A DNA stretch of 64,000 bases from an uncultured Candidatus Saccharibacteria bacterium (GTDB taxonomy: Bacteria > Patescibacteriota > Minisyncoccia > Phycocordibacterales > UBA9973): the NCBI GenBank assembly GCA_964404925.1, contig CAYOLW010000001.1, positions 2,106 to 66,105 of the forward strand. Direction: 5' to 3'. Below, one piece after another: positions 7,857 through 18,090 of the stretch (its first letter is position 1; each line of letters begins with the position of its first letter). The notes beneath the pieces are model-generated. The model saw only the letters and a program-made list of their open reading frames with translations. It had not been told where the DNA came from and searched no databases. The translations under genes were made by a program, and so were the position numbers.

Positions 7857-10691
7857 ATGGATAGACAAATGCAAAGCAGTATATTCAAAAACATAGTATC
7901 GGCAATGCTGGTTGCACTTTTTGCTTTTGCGCCAATCCTACAAGTAAAAGAAGCCTTAGCACAATCACAGGGTTCATATAGTTATAGTTCAGGGGGTAAT
8001 GCTAGTGGAGGACTCAAGGGTTATGTAAAAGGTCTAGCTCCCGCAATTGCCCAACTTCCATTATGCCAGAAAGCATTAACAGGTCCAGTTAAAAACATGT
8101 TTAAAGGTATTATAAATAAACTTGGAAAAAAAACTGTAGAAAAAATTTTTAGAAGAAAACTGGAAGAAAAATTGGCTGCTCAACAACAGATAAAAGTTGT
8201 AAACCAGGTGGACAATAAAAAACAAGATAAATTATTGTCAAATGCAAAATCACACAATGAAACCGATAGAGAAGCAAACGACAACGACACTTGTTATAAA
8301 TCAATCGGTCGTATGGTGGTTAAAATGATTTTACAGAAAATAACCTTAAGTACTGTAGAATGGATAAAGAATGGTTTTAATGGTGGACCAGCTTTTGTTC
8401 AAAACCCTGGCAGATTCTTTAAAAATATTGCAAAAGAAGAAGTATTGAAATTCGGCATAGAGTTAAATGCTGGAGCTAATTGTCAGGCAGTTTTCTCTGG
8501 AGATATTACTGGTACGAGTGGTGAAAACGATATAAGTAAATGTATATCACCTTTTGCCAAAGCCTATATGATTGGTTTAGCTGAAACATATAATAAAAAG
8601 TTTTCTGATAATGCTAGGTATTCTTTAAACGAACTTATTGCTAATACTACACCTGAGTACACGGCAGCTAGTTTCTCGGCCGATTTTTCGGCTGGTGGAT
8701 GGAACGCCTGGACAGCCATGACAGAAACACCGGCGAATAACCCTGTTGGTTTTACTGTTATATCTGACATAGAAATAGGCAGGAGAACAGATGGTACAAG
8801 TAAATCAACTGCTGAACAAAAGAAAGAAGCCCTAGAACAGTCTCGTGGTTTCCTTGGAGATTATCGTTGTGCTGATCCAGAAGGTCTAACCCAAGAACAA
8901 GACCGAGAGGAACAAGCCAAACCTGAACCAGACCCGGCTAGATTATGTAAACGTTGGGAATATGTTACCCCCGGAGAAACTGTTGCAGAAGCGGCCACAA
9001 AACTTGTTAACTACCAAGATAACAATCTATTAAAAGCCGAAGATTTAAATGACGCAGTAGCTGCTATTGTAGACGCTTTGATAAGTAGATTAATGGGTGA
9101 TGTTATTAATTATGGCCTAGCAGAGTTTTCAGATGAGGGTGCTGATGGTGATTTGATTATCAACAGTTATGCTATAAATGGTAATTATGAGATTGGCCAG
9201 GCTGAAAAAGACTTTCCTCAACACCTGCAAAGCGAGGGGTGGTTAACGGAGCATCCTAATTTTAATATTCGTACAGACTTAACTCAAGCAATAATAGATG
9301 AGCAAAGAACCTATGTAGAAAAACTAGAAAAACAAAACGAATCTCTTGAGAGGTCTATACTCGGAGCTAAACAAGCTGATTATTGTTTACCAGGACCTTC
9401 ATATGATGTTTATACCTCTATTTCTGATACAGATTTGTTTACTAGTTTTAATGATTTTAGTAGTGGTTTTTTAAAAGGTCGTCAAGAATTAACGGAATTT
9501 GCTCTACAATTTAATCAGTGGACAGCTTTCCAAGTAGCTAATGCTAATGGCTTATTTGTTAATAAAGAAAGAATTGCTAAAAAATTAATAGCAACCTATT
9601 TAGGGGTTAACTTTGGAGTACATGTATATGGTGCATATGGTTATTCAAACGAGGAAGATACAAACAGTAGAAACCAAGACCAGGTTTTAAACAAAGAAGA
9701 TATTCTTGGTTTGCAAAGAAATATATTTACTAGCTACCAAGTTTTAATGCACAATATTTATTTCAATGGTGCAAAATCTATAGCGCCAATGCCTTTAGTA
9801 ACTAAAGAAATAAGAAGTGAGTTAAGTAATGTAGGAGCATATCAGGATATAATTAATGAAAATGATGAAATAATTGCTTTAAAAAGATCTGTAATTCAAC
9901 GTTTAGCAGTAATAAAAAACCTCATAGAGGATTTAGGTCCGGTACCTGAACCAAATGACTCTAATTTTATAGAATACGAAGAAGCAATTAAACCCATAAT
10001 CCAAGATTTTGGTCGATTAACAAATGATATGGTAACAGGTGACGATGTAGCTCAAATAGATACAACGCTCAAAGAAACAGAGGACAAAGAAAAATATATT
10101 TTTGAAGATTTGTTAGAGGCATGTGAGCGTGAAATGCTTGATGTTTATGAAAATGACAAAGAGACATATAGCAGGTTTTGGCGAAGACAACCATATAAAG
10201 AACCAATTTTATATTTATATGGCGACAATGTAGGTGTAGATTACATAAGTGTTACAAACCTGAATGTACCAAAAATACCTCAGCAGCCAGACCACAATTC
10301 ATATGATCCCCATTATCATACACAGTGGAGTGAACAAGCTATCAAAAACTGGAATAGAAACGATATGTTTGCTTATGGTAGTTTTTATTGGAACTACTGG
10401 GTACGACCACACGAGGGAGGAGATGCATTTAATCCTAACGATCCAAAAACCCCTAATCCTCCAGATTTAGTAAAAATAAAAAGTAATTTACAAACAACCT
10501 GCCCTGAGTTTATAGATGTTGTATACTTCTCTTACCCTGGAACCAATGAAGGTCCTACAGGAGAAGAAAAAGGTCAGTTACCAAAAGATATTGAAGGTCT
10601 TGAAGCTGATGGACGAGGATACTCAATAAATTATGGAGATAATATTTGTGGTGTTTTGCATACCATTGAAGACCGAGCTAATATATACTAA
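7857..10691 (+). CDS. Large secreted hypothetical protein (944 aa).
   Basis: The N-terminal signal peptide is IVSAMLVALFAFAPILQVKEALAQ. No transmembrane core is apparent and no family is recognised. Confidence 0.5.
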   Translation: MDRQMQSSIFKNIVSAMLVALFAFAPILQVKEALAQSQGSYSYSSGGNASGGLKGYVKGLAPAIAQLPLCQKALTGPVKNMFKGIINKLGKKTVEKIFRRKLEEKLAAQQQIKVVNQVDNKKQDKLLSNAKSHNETDREANDNDTCYKSIGRMVVKMILQKITLSTVEWIKNGFNGGPAFVQNPGRFFKNIAKEEVLKFGIELNAGANCQAVFSGDITGTSGENDISKCISPFAKAYMIGLAETYNKKFSDNARYSLNELIANTTPEYTAASFSADFSAGGWNAWTAMTETPANNPVGFTVISDIEIGRRTDGTSKSTAEQKKEALEQSRGFLGDYRCADPEGLTQEQDREEQAKPEPDPARLCKRWEYVTPGETVAEAATKLVNYQDNNLLKAEDLNDAVAAIVDALISRLMGDVINYGLAEFSDEGADGDLIINSYAINGNYEIGQAEKDFPQHLQSEGWLTEHPNFNIRTDLTQAIIDEQRTYVEKLEKQNESLERSILGAKQADYCLPGPSYDVYTSISDTDLFTSFNDFSSGFLKGRQELTEFALQFNQWTAFQVANANGLFVNKERIAKKLIATYLGVNFGVHVYGAYGYSNEEDTNSRNQDQVLNKEDILGLQRNIFTSYQVLMHNIYFNGAKSIAPMPLVTKEIRSELSNVGAYQDIINENDEIIALKRSVIQRLAVIKNLIEDLGPVPEPNDSNFIEYEEAIKPIIQDFGRLTNDMVTGDDVAQIDTTLKETEDKEKYIFEDLLEACEREMLDVYENDKETYSRFWRRQPYKEPILYLYGDNVGVDYISVTNLNVPKIPQQPDHNSYDPHYHTQWSEQAIKNWNRNDMFAYGSFYWNYWVRPHEGGDAFNPNDPKTPNPPDLVKIKSNLQTTCPEFIDVVYFSYPGTNEGPTGEEKGQLPKDIEGLEADGRGYSINYGDNICGVLHTIEDRANIY

Positions 10692-10696
10692 CTTAA

Positions 10697-13600
10697 ATGT
10701 TTAAACTAAAAACAAAAATTTTATTATCTATCGCGCTATTGTTAACAACAATACCTATAACCACCTTAGCAGCTTTATATGTTGAGGTTATACCAGTAAC
10801 ACAAAAAAATTTAACGAGTGCAACATTGGTTGGGGTACTAATGGATGATGCTTTTCCAACAGGTGTAAGTACTGAGTATGTAAAATTTAGATATACCACA
10901 ACATCCAGTACTTCATGTGCAAACATGACAACCGAAACAGCAGTACAAACAATAAATTTAGATTTCCAATTACATGAATTTTATAATTTTCAACAACAAT
11001 TAAATTCACTTACTCCACACACTAAATATTACTTTTGTGCTGTAGCTTCTAGTGAAGCAGATTTTTCTGCAAACGTTCTTTATAGTGGAATAAGAGATTT
11101 CACAACAGAACTGCCTCCAGACTTGGCAGATAATGTTGTGACAGGTACCGCAAGTAATATAACACAAAACGGTGCAACAATATATGGAGAAATTTACAAT
11201 GATCACAGCACTCCTATATTTGGAAAATTTAAATATTCAGAAAATTATTCTGTTAGTTGCGCATCATTACCTAATGCTATAAACACACCAGTTCAACCTC
11301 CTGGTGGTGTTGGTGCATCATTGTCTCTTAATTTTTCACACACGTTAACTAACCTAAAAAGCAGCACCACATACTCTTATTGTGCTGTCGGTGATACTAA
11401 CTCTGATTTTCCAAATGCAATTTATGGAGAGGTTAAAGTATTTACTACGCCACCTTCTGCTTCTGGTAATCCAGAAGATATTGGACCAGTTGATACGCAA
11501 GAATCTACGGAAATGGATGACAATGAAGTTACTTTGCAAGGTAATTATTCAGGGGGGGCACCTGGTTTTGCATATTTTAGATTAACAAGTGCTACTGTGC
11601 CTCCTCTTTTTTGTAATGATATTTATGGTTCAGATATGATTGGTATAACCTCTAATGAACCAGACCCTATTGGGTATACAACTGGCGGAGATTTTTCTGT
11701 ACATGTTAACGGACTTGAACCAGAAACAACATATTTTTATTGTGCTATTGTTTCTAACAATGCGCTAACAACAAAATTAAATAAATTAACCTATAGGCCT
11801 CAAATAAAATATGGATCAGTTAAATCATTTAGAACTTTACCTTGTTTAACTTGTAATATTACACAAGTAACAACACTTGGTTCAAATGTAATTGATTCAC
11901 AAAGCGTCAATTTAAAAGGTTCTTACAGAACAAGCAGGCCTGTAAAAATATATTTTGAGTATAGTAAAGATTTTGATGTAAGTACCCCGCCCACAAGTGG
12001 TAATGTTTGGATTCCAACAAACCCACCAAAACTTGGAGGTTTTAATTCTTATGGTAACTATAATTTTTTACTTACTGGACTTGATAGCAATACTAAATAC
12101 AGTTTCAGAATAGTTGGAGAATTAGCTATTGGTGGTGAAATAATCTACGGATCTACTCTAGACTTTACAACAGATGCTTATGATGGTGTTGACCCTATAA
12201 TAACAGAAGACCCTGTAGATGATGTTCCAGTTGAACCAGGTGGAGAAGGTGGAGGTGATGATAATTGTCCAGCTGGAACAATAGGTATATTTCCTGATTG
12301 TACTGTTGGTGAAATAGGCTGTCCAGCAGGATATGAAGGAGTGCCACCAGATTGTGTTAATCTGGGAGGAGGAAGCGGGGATGATGACGCACCGGTTGTA
12401 GAAGTAACAGCTGATCCAATATTTGTTGATCCCGGACAGTCTTCTACTATAACTTGGACTTCTACTAATGCGACGTCTTGTGTTTTAAACGGATACGACA
12501 TACCAACATCAGGATCTGCTGATACTGGTGCTCTCAATACGAGTAAATCGTATTCAGTAATTTGTACAGGACCGGGTGGAGTTGGTTCTGATAATGCTCA
12601 AGTCTACGTAAACATAACAGGCGGAGGTGGGGGTGGTGACATTATCTGGGTTAAAGCTTTGGCTGCACCAGTTTTTGTCACAACAAACAGTTCCTCTGTT
12701 GTATCATGGCAATCAAGCGGTGCAGAATTTTGTGAATCTGGTGGACATGGAAATGGTACTAGCGGTTCTTTTAACACTGGACCACTTACTAGTTCAATGT
12801 CCTACACAATTTCTTGTAGTGGACAATCTGGCAGTGCAGCAAGCACTGCATACATAGAAACACATGATCCTGTTACTCCACCATCTTGTTTCGCAGTACC
12901 ACAAACCCAGTCACTACAATGTCCTGCTGGACAGGTAGGTCTGATCTTACAATCTCGCAGTTCAACTTGTCCTGATCCAAACGGTTCTCCTGTTTGGTCA
13001 AATTGGGAGACAGTGACCAACTCTTGTCAGAGTTCAAGTGGTGGTCCAACTCCACCATCTTGTTTCGCAGTACCACAAACCCAGTCACTACAATGTCCTG
13101 CTGGACAGGTAGGTCTGATCTTACAATCTCGCAGTTCAACTTGTCCTGATCCAAACGGTTCTCCTGTTTGGTCAAATTGGGAGACAGTGACCAACTCTTG
13201 TCAGAGTTCAAGTGGTGGTCCAACTCCACCATCTTGTTTCGCAGTACCACAAACCCAGTCACTACAATGTCCTGCTGGACAGGTAGGTCTGATCTTACAA
13301 TCTCGCAGTTCAACTTGTCCTGATCCAAACGGTTCTCCTGTTTGGTCAAATTGGGAGACAGTGACCAACTCTTGTCAGAGTTCAAGTGGTGGTCCTGGAG
13401 GACCAGGTAGTGGAGTGTTTCCACCGGGACCAGGTAATCCATGGAGCCCTACTGGACCCGGAGGCCCTGGCGGCCCCAATGGTAATGGCGGTACAAACCC
13501 AACCCTACCACAAGGACCAGATAACGATGGTGATGGACTTGGTAATCCAAACGATGATGATACAGACGGGGACTGGGATCCAAATGGAACAGATACAGAC

Positions 13601-14239
13601 GATGATGGTGATGGGATTCCTGATTTAGTTGATGCGACTCCAAACGGACCTGGAAATTCTGATGATTTAGACGGTAATGGAGTAGGTAATGACAAAGACA
13701 ATGATATTGATGGTGATGGTGTACCCAACTATCTAGACAACGATACTGATGCAGATGGTATTCCAAATGCTACAGATTCAGACGATGATGGTGATGGGAT
13801 TCCTGATTGGCTTGACCCTTTACCAAAAGGTCCACACGGAGATAAGGTTGGAGTTATTTTGGGGGTAGGGGATGAGGCCATACCACCTTCGGACGCAATC
13901 GTTCATTATAACGAAGGTGTAGAGACTGTTTTTGCTAGACAAATCAGAAATCGCAACAAACTTTCAGAGAAGTTAGGATATTCAGGCAGAGGCAACCTAG
14001 AATCATTTGCTCAAAATATGGCTCATACACTCTCTCGATATTACTTTGGTTATGTTGACGAAAGCGGCAAAGAAGTGCGTGTGTCAGTACCTGATGTTTC
14101 AGCATATGAGTTGAGGATTGTTGGCAACAAATTAGCTGTTTATGAATATTATCGAAACAAAATAATAGATATACGAGTGCAAAGCATCCAATTCAAGAGT
14201 AAGAATCCGTACGAATATTATTTCCAGAAAAGGTTTTAG
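10697..14239 (+). CDS. Giant surface protein or adhesin (1180 aa). It has a signal peptide, repeated Ig/FN3-like modules, three identical 58-aa Cys-containing tandem repeats, thrombospondin-type-3-like Ca-binding Asp-rich repeats and a C-terminal globular domain.
   Basis: The signal peptide is LLSIALLLTTIPITTLAA. Recurrent module endings are YYFCAV, YSYCAVGD, YFYCAI and YSFRIV...FTT. The DxDxDGxxDxxD-type repeats are DNDGDGLGNPNDDDTDGDWDPNGTDTDDDGDGIPD and related copies. Confidence 0.6.
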   Translation: MFKLKTKILLSIALLLTTIPITTLAALYVEVIPVTQKNLTSATLVGVLMDDAFPTGVSTEYVKFRYTTTSSTSCANMTTETAVQTINLDFQLHEFYNFQQQLNSLTPHTKYYFCAVASSEADFSANVLYSGIRDFTTELPPDLADNVVTGTASNITQNGATIYGEIYNDHSTPIFGKFKYSENYSVSCASLPNAINTPVQPPGGVGASLSLNFSHTLTNLKSSTTYSYCAVGDTNSDFPNAIYGEVKVFTTPPSASGNPEDIGPVDTQESTEMDDNEVTLQGNYSGGAPGFAYFRLTSATVPPLFCNDIYGSDMIGITSNEPDPIGYTTGGDFSVHVNGLEPETTYFYCAIVSNNALTTKLNKLTYRPQIKYGSVKSFRTLPCLTCNITQVTTLGSNVIDSQSVNLKGSYRTSRPVKIYFEYSKDFDVSTPPTSGNVWIPTNPPKLGGFNSYGNYNFLLTGLDSNTKYSFRIVGELAIGGEIIYGSTLDFTTDAYDGVDPIITEDPVDDVPVEPGGEGGGDDNCPAGTIGIFPDCTVGEIGCPAGYEGVPPDCVNLGGGSGDDDAPVVEVTADPIFVDPGQSSTITWTSTNATSCVLNGYDIPTSGSADTGALNTSKSYSVICTGPGGVGSDNAQVYVNITGGGGGGDIIWVKALAAPVFVTTNSSSVVSWQSSGAEFCESGGHGNGTSGSFNTGPLTSSMSYTISCSGQSGSAASTAYIETHDPVTPPSCFAVPQTQSLQCPAGQVGLILQSRSSTCPDPNGSPVWSNWETVTNSCQSSSGGPTPPSCFAVPQTQSLQCPAGQVGLILQSRSSTCPDPNGSPVWSNWETVTNSCQSSSGGPTPPSCFAVPQTQSLQCPAGQVGLILQSRSSTCPDPNGSPVWSNWETVTNSCQSSSGGPGGPGSGVFPPGPGNPWSPTGPGGPGGPNGNGGTNPTLPQGPDNDGDGLGNPNDDDTDGDWDPNGTDTDDDGDGIPDLVDATPNGPGNSDDLDGNGVGNDKDNDIDGDGVPNYLDNDTDADGIPNATDSDDDGDGIPDWLDPLPKGPHGDKVGVILGVGDEAIPPSDAIVHYNEGVETVFARQIRNRNKLSEKLGYSGRGNLESFAQNMAHTLSRYYFGYVDESGKEVRVSVPDVSAYELRIVGNKLAVYEYYRNKIIDIRVQSIQFKSKNPYEYYFQKRF
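12875..13396 (+). repeat. Perfect 3 x 174-bp in-frame tandem repeat inside the adhesin gene. Each unit encodes ...PPSCFAVPQTQSLQCPAGQVGLILQSRSSTCPDPNGSPVWSNWETVTNSCQSSSGGPT.
   Basis: The unit boundary actccaccatcttg recurs at 12875, 13049 and 13223. The three units are identical at every base I compared. Confidence 0.9.
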
Positions 14240-14313
14240 TAGATTTGAGTGAATTGTTAGTCTTATAAAATAGTTTTTGTGTAGCTAATTTGATAGAATA
14301 TTATTAGTTACGA

Positions 14314-17049
14314 ATGAATTTTTCAAAGAAAAAAATTGGTAGAAAAATAGTGTTGTGGACACTGGTCTTGTACTTTGTATTTTTTCCTATTGCTAACACC
14401 TACGCTCAAAACTCAGGAACAACTGGTACCGTCAACAACAACACATATGCAACCAGTGGCGAAACATTGCTTCTTAATAAAGATTTAAGCACTGTAACCA
14501 ATACAACAGCATCGCTTAGTTTTACCGCTAGTACTACTCGCGAAGACCAATACGAACCTCTTTTAGTCAGAATTTATAAAGATAGCAATTTAAACGATGG
14601 AGATAATTCCGGGGTTTGGGATTATTCTACTAATACTGTACCAGCCGGCGTAGAAGAAGCAGTTTTGTGGCAAACAGCTGTTTTAGCCAGTAATACACCG
14701 GGACAAATAAAAGAAGTTACTTTTAGTTCCCTGGAACCAAACACTAATTACTTTGTTGTTGCTTATTTGTATAATGTTAATAAAATTGGTCTGCCATTTT
14801 TCTCTGGAGATTGGGATACTTTAATTACGGTAAATCTAACACTGACAACAGCCAAGGCTGTGGATACACTAGGTACTGTTAATAGTGTGGGTGGATCTAA
14901 TTATCACAATGACCCAGGTCCGGATTTAGGATGTTCTCCTTTATTTTTTGCTACACTAAAAAATTGTTTAGGTGCATTGTTTTACTACGTACTCTATGAA
15001 CCAGCAGCAGCCTTGGCACGACTTGCAGCGCACTTCTTGGACTTCTTTGTTTACTATGCAACTAATAGTGATTCATATAGATCAGAATTCGTACTAAAAG
15101 CTTGGGGGGTTGTAAGAGACGTTTCTAATATGTTTTTCATTGTGGCGCTTATGGTTTTAGCAATACGGATGATACTCGATATAGACAAGGCTCACGTTAA
15201 AAAAACATTGTCTGTCATAATACTAGTAGCACTAGTTATTAACTTTAGTTTATTTATTACTCGAGTGGTTATTGATGCTTCAAACATTCTAGCTAAAGTT
15301 TTCTACAACAACATTTCTTCTGTGGATGCATATGGTAACCCAACAGTTGGTGAAAGTGGAGAAAAATCTATAACCATAGGACTAACTAAGGTCATAGACC
15401 CAGTTAAAATAGTCAATAAACCACAAGACAACCTGAAGAACTTTATTTTTGTGGTATTTCTTTGTTTCTTCCTTATGCTTGGAATGGCATGGATATTCTT
15501 TACCAGCGCTTTGTTTTTCGTAGGGCGGGTAATATCACTATGGTTCTCAATGATTTTTGCGCCACTGGCCTTTATATCATACGCAGTGCCATTTAAAATA
15601 CCTGAATATGGACACACCGAATGGTGGAGTGGTTTATTCAAGGCTGCCTTTATGGCGCCATTGTTTGTATTTTTCTTGTATATAACAGCTTTGTTTGGTG
15701 GTACACTCGGCGCAATACCAGGAGACATTGCAAATGCAGACGATTGGTTTATGTCAGTAGTAGGGGAACTTGTACCATTCATACTTATATTCGGATTATT
15801 AAAAGCAGCTCAAAAAATAGCTAAAGAATATTCAGGTAAATTTGGCGATATGGTAAGTAAAACTGGTGCTGTATTGGGTACATTGGCCCTCGGCGGTGCA
15901 GGACTCGCAACCGCTGCTTTAGGTAGAAAATTCATAGGTTCACAAATTGCTAAAGGTTCACAAAGTCAGAAAGCAATGGATTGGGCGGGGCATAGAATGA
16001 AGTTTGATGAACAACTTAATCAATGGAAGGCCTCAAGCAAAAAAACTCGTGGAGCTAAACCAACCTGGGACCAATATTCTAAGAGTAATGGTGTTGATAG
16101 AAATAATATGGGCTTACGCGAAAGACTGGGAGCTCGTGCTAATTATTCTAAACTAAAAGTTAAGAGTGTTGAGCATGCTCGCCACGAACTTGAAGAAACA
16201 AAGAAGAAGCTTGGTTATGAAGGGGTTAATAACAATCAACTAGGTGGACAAGCTCAAAAAGATATTAAAGATCAATTCTTAAAAGACCATAAGTCAGAGT
16301 TTGAGAACTCAGTTAGGAACGGTAACGAGGTTCTGGTTGTTAATGTAAACGGAATAGACACTATTGTAAAAGGCCAAAATGAATACGAGGCAACCATGCG
16401 AAAAGTACTAAGTAAAGAAGTTTTGGGTGATGGCGATAAGACAAAAGAAGCTGAAGCAATTAAAGACGGTGATGCCATGTATAAACGTGTTGATAAAATA
16501 GACCCTGCAACAGGCCAAGTAATGAAAGACTCTCGTGGAAGGAAACTCACCGAAGATAAACTAGTATTAACTGATCAGGGTAGGAAGAAGGTAGAAAATA
16601 GACTGCATACAAGCTACAACAAAGAGGTTGGTGAGAAGGTCAAGAAAATGTCTGAAGTTAAGTATGAACATCTAGAAACAGAAGCAAAAATGAAATTAGG
16701 GGTTAAAGACAGACTGTCTGCTAGATCTGATGTTGGTACATATGACACCAGGAATCTGTCTCAGATAATTACCAAAATGTCTGCCAAAGATAAAATGTGG
16801 ATGGGAGGTATCCTTGGGTTAATGGTTGGAGGCATACGTGGCGGATTTAAGTCATTAAAACTAGACATGGGCAAAGGCCAAGGCGATTGGAAAAAGGACC
16901 TCGGTAGTACTATTACAGAAGCCTTGAAGAAGGCACCATCTGATTTTAAAGTTAATGTCAATCTAAGTGGTGGAGGAGGTGGAGGGGGAGGACATGGTGG
17001 CGGCGGCGATCATGGCGGTGGACACGGGGGAGGACATGGAGGACACTAA
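14314..17049 (+). CDS. Polytopic membrane protein (911 aa) with a secreted N-domain, a multi-TM core, a long charged cytoplasmic tail and a Gly/His-rich C-terminus. The topology is VirB6/TrbL/TcpH/PrgH-like.
   Basis: A signal/anchor sequence is followed by at least six hydrophobic helices between about aa 200 and 520. The protein sits two genes upstream of VirB4. The C-terminus is GGGGGGGHGGGGDHGGGHGGGHGGH. Confidence 0.45.
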   Translation: MNFSKKKIGRKIVLWTLVLYFVFFPIANTYAQNSGTTGTVNNNTYATSGETLLLNKDLSTVTNTTASLSFTASTTREDQYEPLLVRIYKDSNLNDGDNSGVWDYSTNTVPAGVEEAVLWQTAVLASNTPGQIKEVTFSSLEPNTNYFVVAYLYNVNKIGLPFFSGDWDTLITVNLTLTTAKAVDTLGTVNSVGGSNYHNDPGPDLGCSPLFFATLKNCLGALFYYVLYEPAAALARLAAHFLDFFVYYATNSDSYRSEFVLKAWGVVRDVSNMFFIVALMVLAIRMILDIDKAHVKKTLSVIILVALVINFSLFITRVVIDASNILAKVFYNNISSVDAYGNPTVGESGEKSITIGLTKVIDPVKIVNKPQDNLKNFIFVVFLCFFLMLGMAWIFFTSALFFVGRVISLWFSMIFAPLAFISYAVPFKIPEYGHTEWWSGLFKAAFMAPLFVFFLYITALFGGTLGAIPGDIANADDWFMSVVGELVPFILIFGLLKAAQKIAKEYSGKFGDMVSKTGAVLGTLALGGAGLATAALGRKFIGSQIAKGSQSQKAMDWAGHRMKFDEQLNQWKASSKKTRGAKPTWDQYSKSNGVDRNNMGLRERLGARANYSKLKVKSVEHARHELEETKKKLGYEGVNNNQLGGQAQKDIKDQFLKDHKSEFENSVRNGNEVLVVNVNGIDTIVKGQNEYEATMRKVLSKEVLGDGDKTKEAEAIKDGDAMYKRVDKIDPATGQVMKDSRGRKLTEDKLVLTDQGRKKVENRLHTSYNKEVGEKVKKMSEVKYEHLETEAKMKLGVKDRLSARSDVGTYDTRNLSQIITKMSAKDKMWMGGILGLMVGGIRGGFKSLKLDMGKGQGDWKKDLGSTITEALKKAPSDFKVNVNLSGGGGGGGGHGGGGDHGGGHGGGHGGH

Positions 17050-17055
17050 AAATAT

Positions 17056-18036
17056 ATGGATAAAGAAGATTTACAAAAAGTAATAGCAGAATATCACACA
17101 AGGTTGTCACCAAGGCTACAACAAGTTTTCTCTTCGCTTGGCTGGCTAGAAACATTGAAATCAATTGGGGACAGGTACAAACTCGACGATTCTCAAATGA
17201 ACGACCTCTCAATAGAGACAACCATGCTTATGCTTGGGGCTACGCACTGGAGTGACTATGCCAAACATTTGTTTGATGTAATGAAACTACCTCAATCTAA
17301 ACTAGACGAAGTGTTGGGTGAAATAAAAACTTTCGTCTATGGACCAGTAGAAGAAGAATTATCTGACGCTTACTATATTAATGCAATAATTCTAGAAGAG
17401 GTTGAAAAAAACATGGTTGAAGAAGAAAGCAAGTTAGTGCAGGCTGGTCTTGATGAAAGATTCAAGAAACTTGAACCAAGGATTCAGAAAATTGTACAAG
17501 ATTCTAATTATCAAGTTAAAATTTATTCAATTGGTAAAAGGAATAATTTAACCTTTGCCCAAATAACTGAACTAGAAGAAGTTATTACTGAAACAATATT
17601 AGGGAATATTCCCATAGACAAGTTCGAGGGGGAACTAAAAAACCGAGCGAACCTACCCACAGAAAGAATGGATTTTATTGTTAACGAAGTAAACGATAAA
17701 ATCCTTAGAGATATTAGAAGCTCAATCTTAAGTCTGGGTAGGCAGTCTGAAAACAAAGAAAATAGTCTAACTCTAAAACCAAACCATTCTATTTCTAATA
17801 GATTAAACATTAGTATTGAAGCAGAAAAGAAATTAGCCCCAATCGAACCAGAAAAAAAAGAAGAAGTATCCTCCACAAACTCAATCATAGCAGCTAAAAT
17901 GCAAGATTCTTTTAGTATGCCTAAAGTTACAACTGAATATACAATTGGTAAAATAAGCAAAGAATCTGACAAACCAACAACTAATACTGAAGTAAAAAAA
18001 TGGAGTGATCCATACCGCACAGATCCCAACGAATAG
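17056..18036 (+). CDS. Hypothetical soluble protein (326 aa) in the T4SS-like cluster.
   Basis: The ORF is tightly packed against its neighbours and no family is recognised. Confidence 0.4.
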   Translation: MDKEDLQKVIAEYHTRLSPRLQQVFSSLGWLETLKSIGDRYKLDDSQMNDLSIETTMLMLGATHWSDYAKHLFDVMKLPQSKLDEVLGEIKTFVYGPVEEELSDAYYINAIILEEVEKNMVEEESKLVQAGLDERFKKLEPRIQKIVQDSNYQVKIYSIGKRNNLTFAQITELEEVITETILGNIPIDKFEGELKNRANLPTERMDFIVNEVNDKILRDIRSSILSLGRQSENKENSLTLKPNHSISNRLNISIEAEKKLAPIEPEKKEEVSSTNSIIAAKMQDSFSMPKVTTEYTIGKISKESDKPTTNTEVKKWSDPYRTDPNE

Positions 18037-18090
18037 TATCGTTTTAATTCAAATACTTGTATAATAGATAAAGTCCAAAGGACTTTATCT

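Noticed and set aside
12873-13766. Minus-strand ORFs (189, 117 and 105 aa) and plus-strand alternative-frame ORFs inside the adhesin repeat region.
   Set aside because: They are artefacts of the 174-bp tandem repeats and the Gly/Pro/Asp-rich low-complexity coding sequence, and they sit antisense to or out of frame with a much longer, well-supported ORF.
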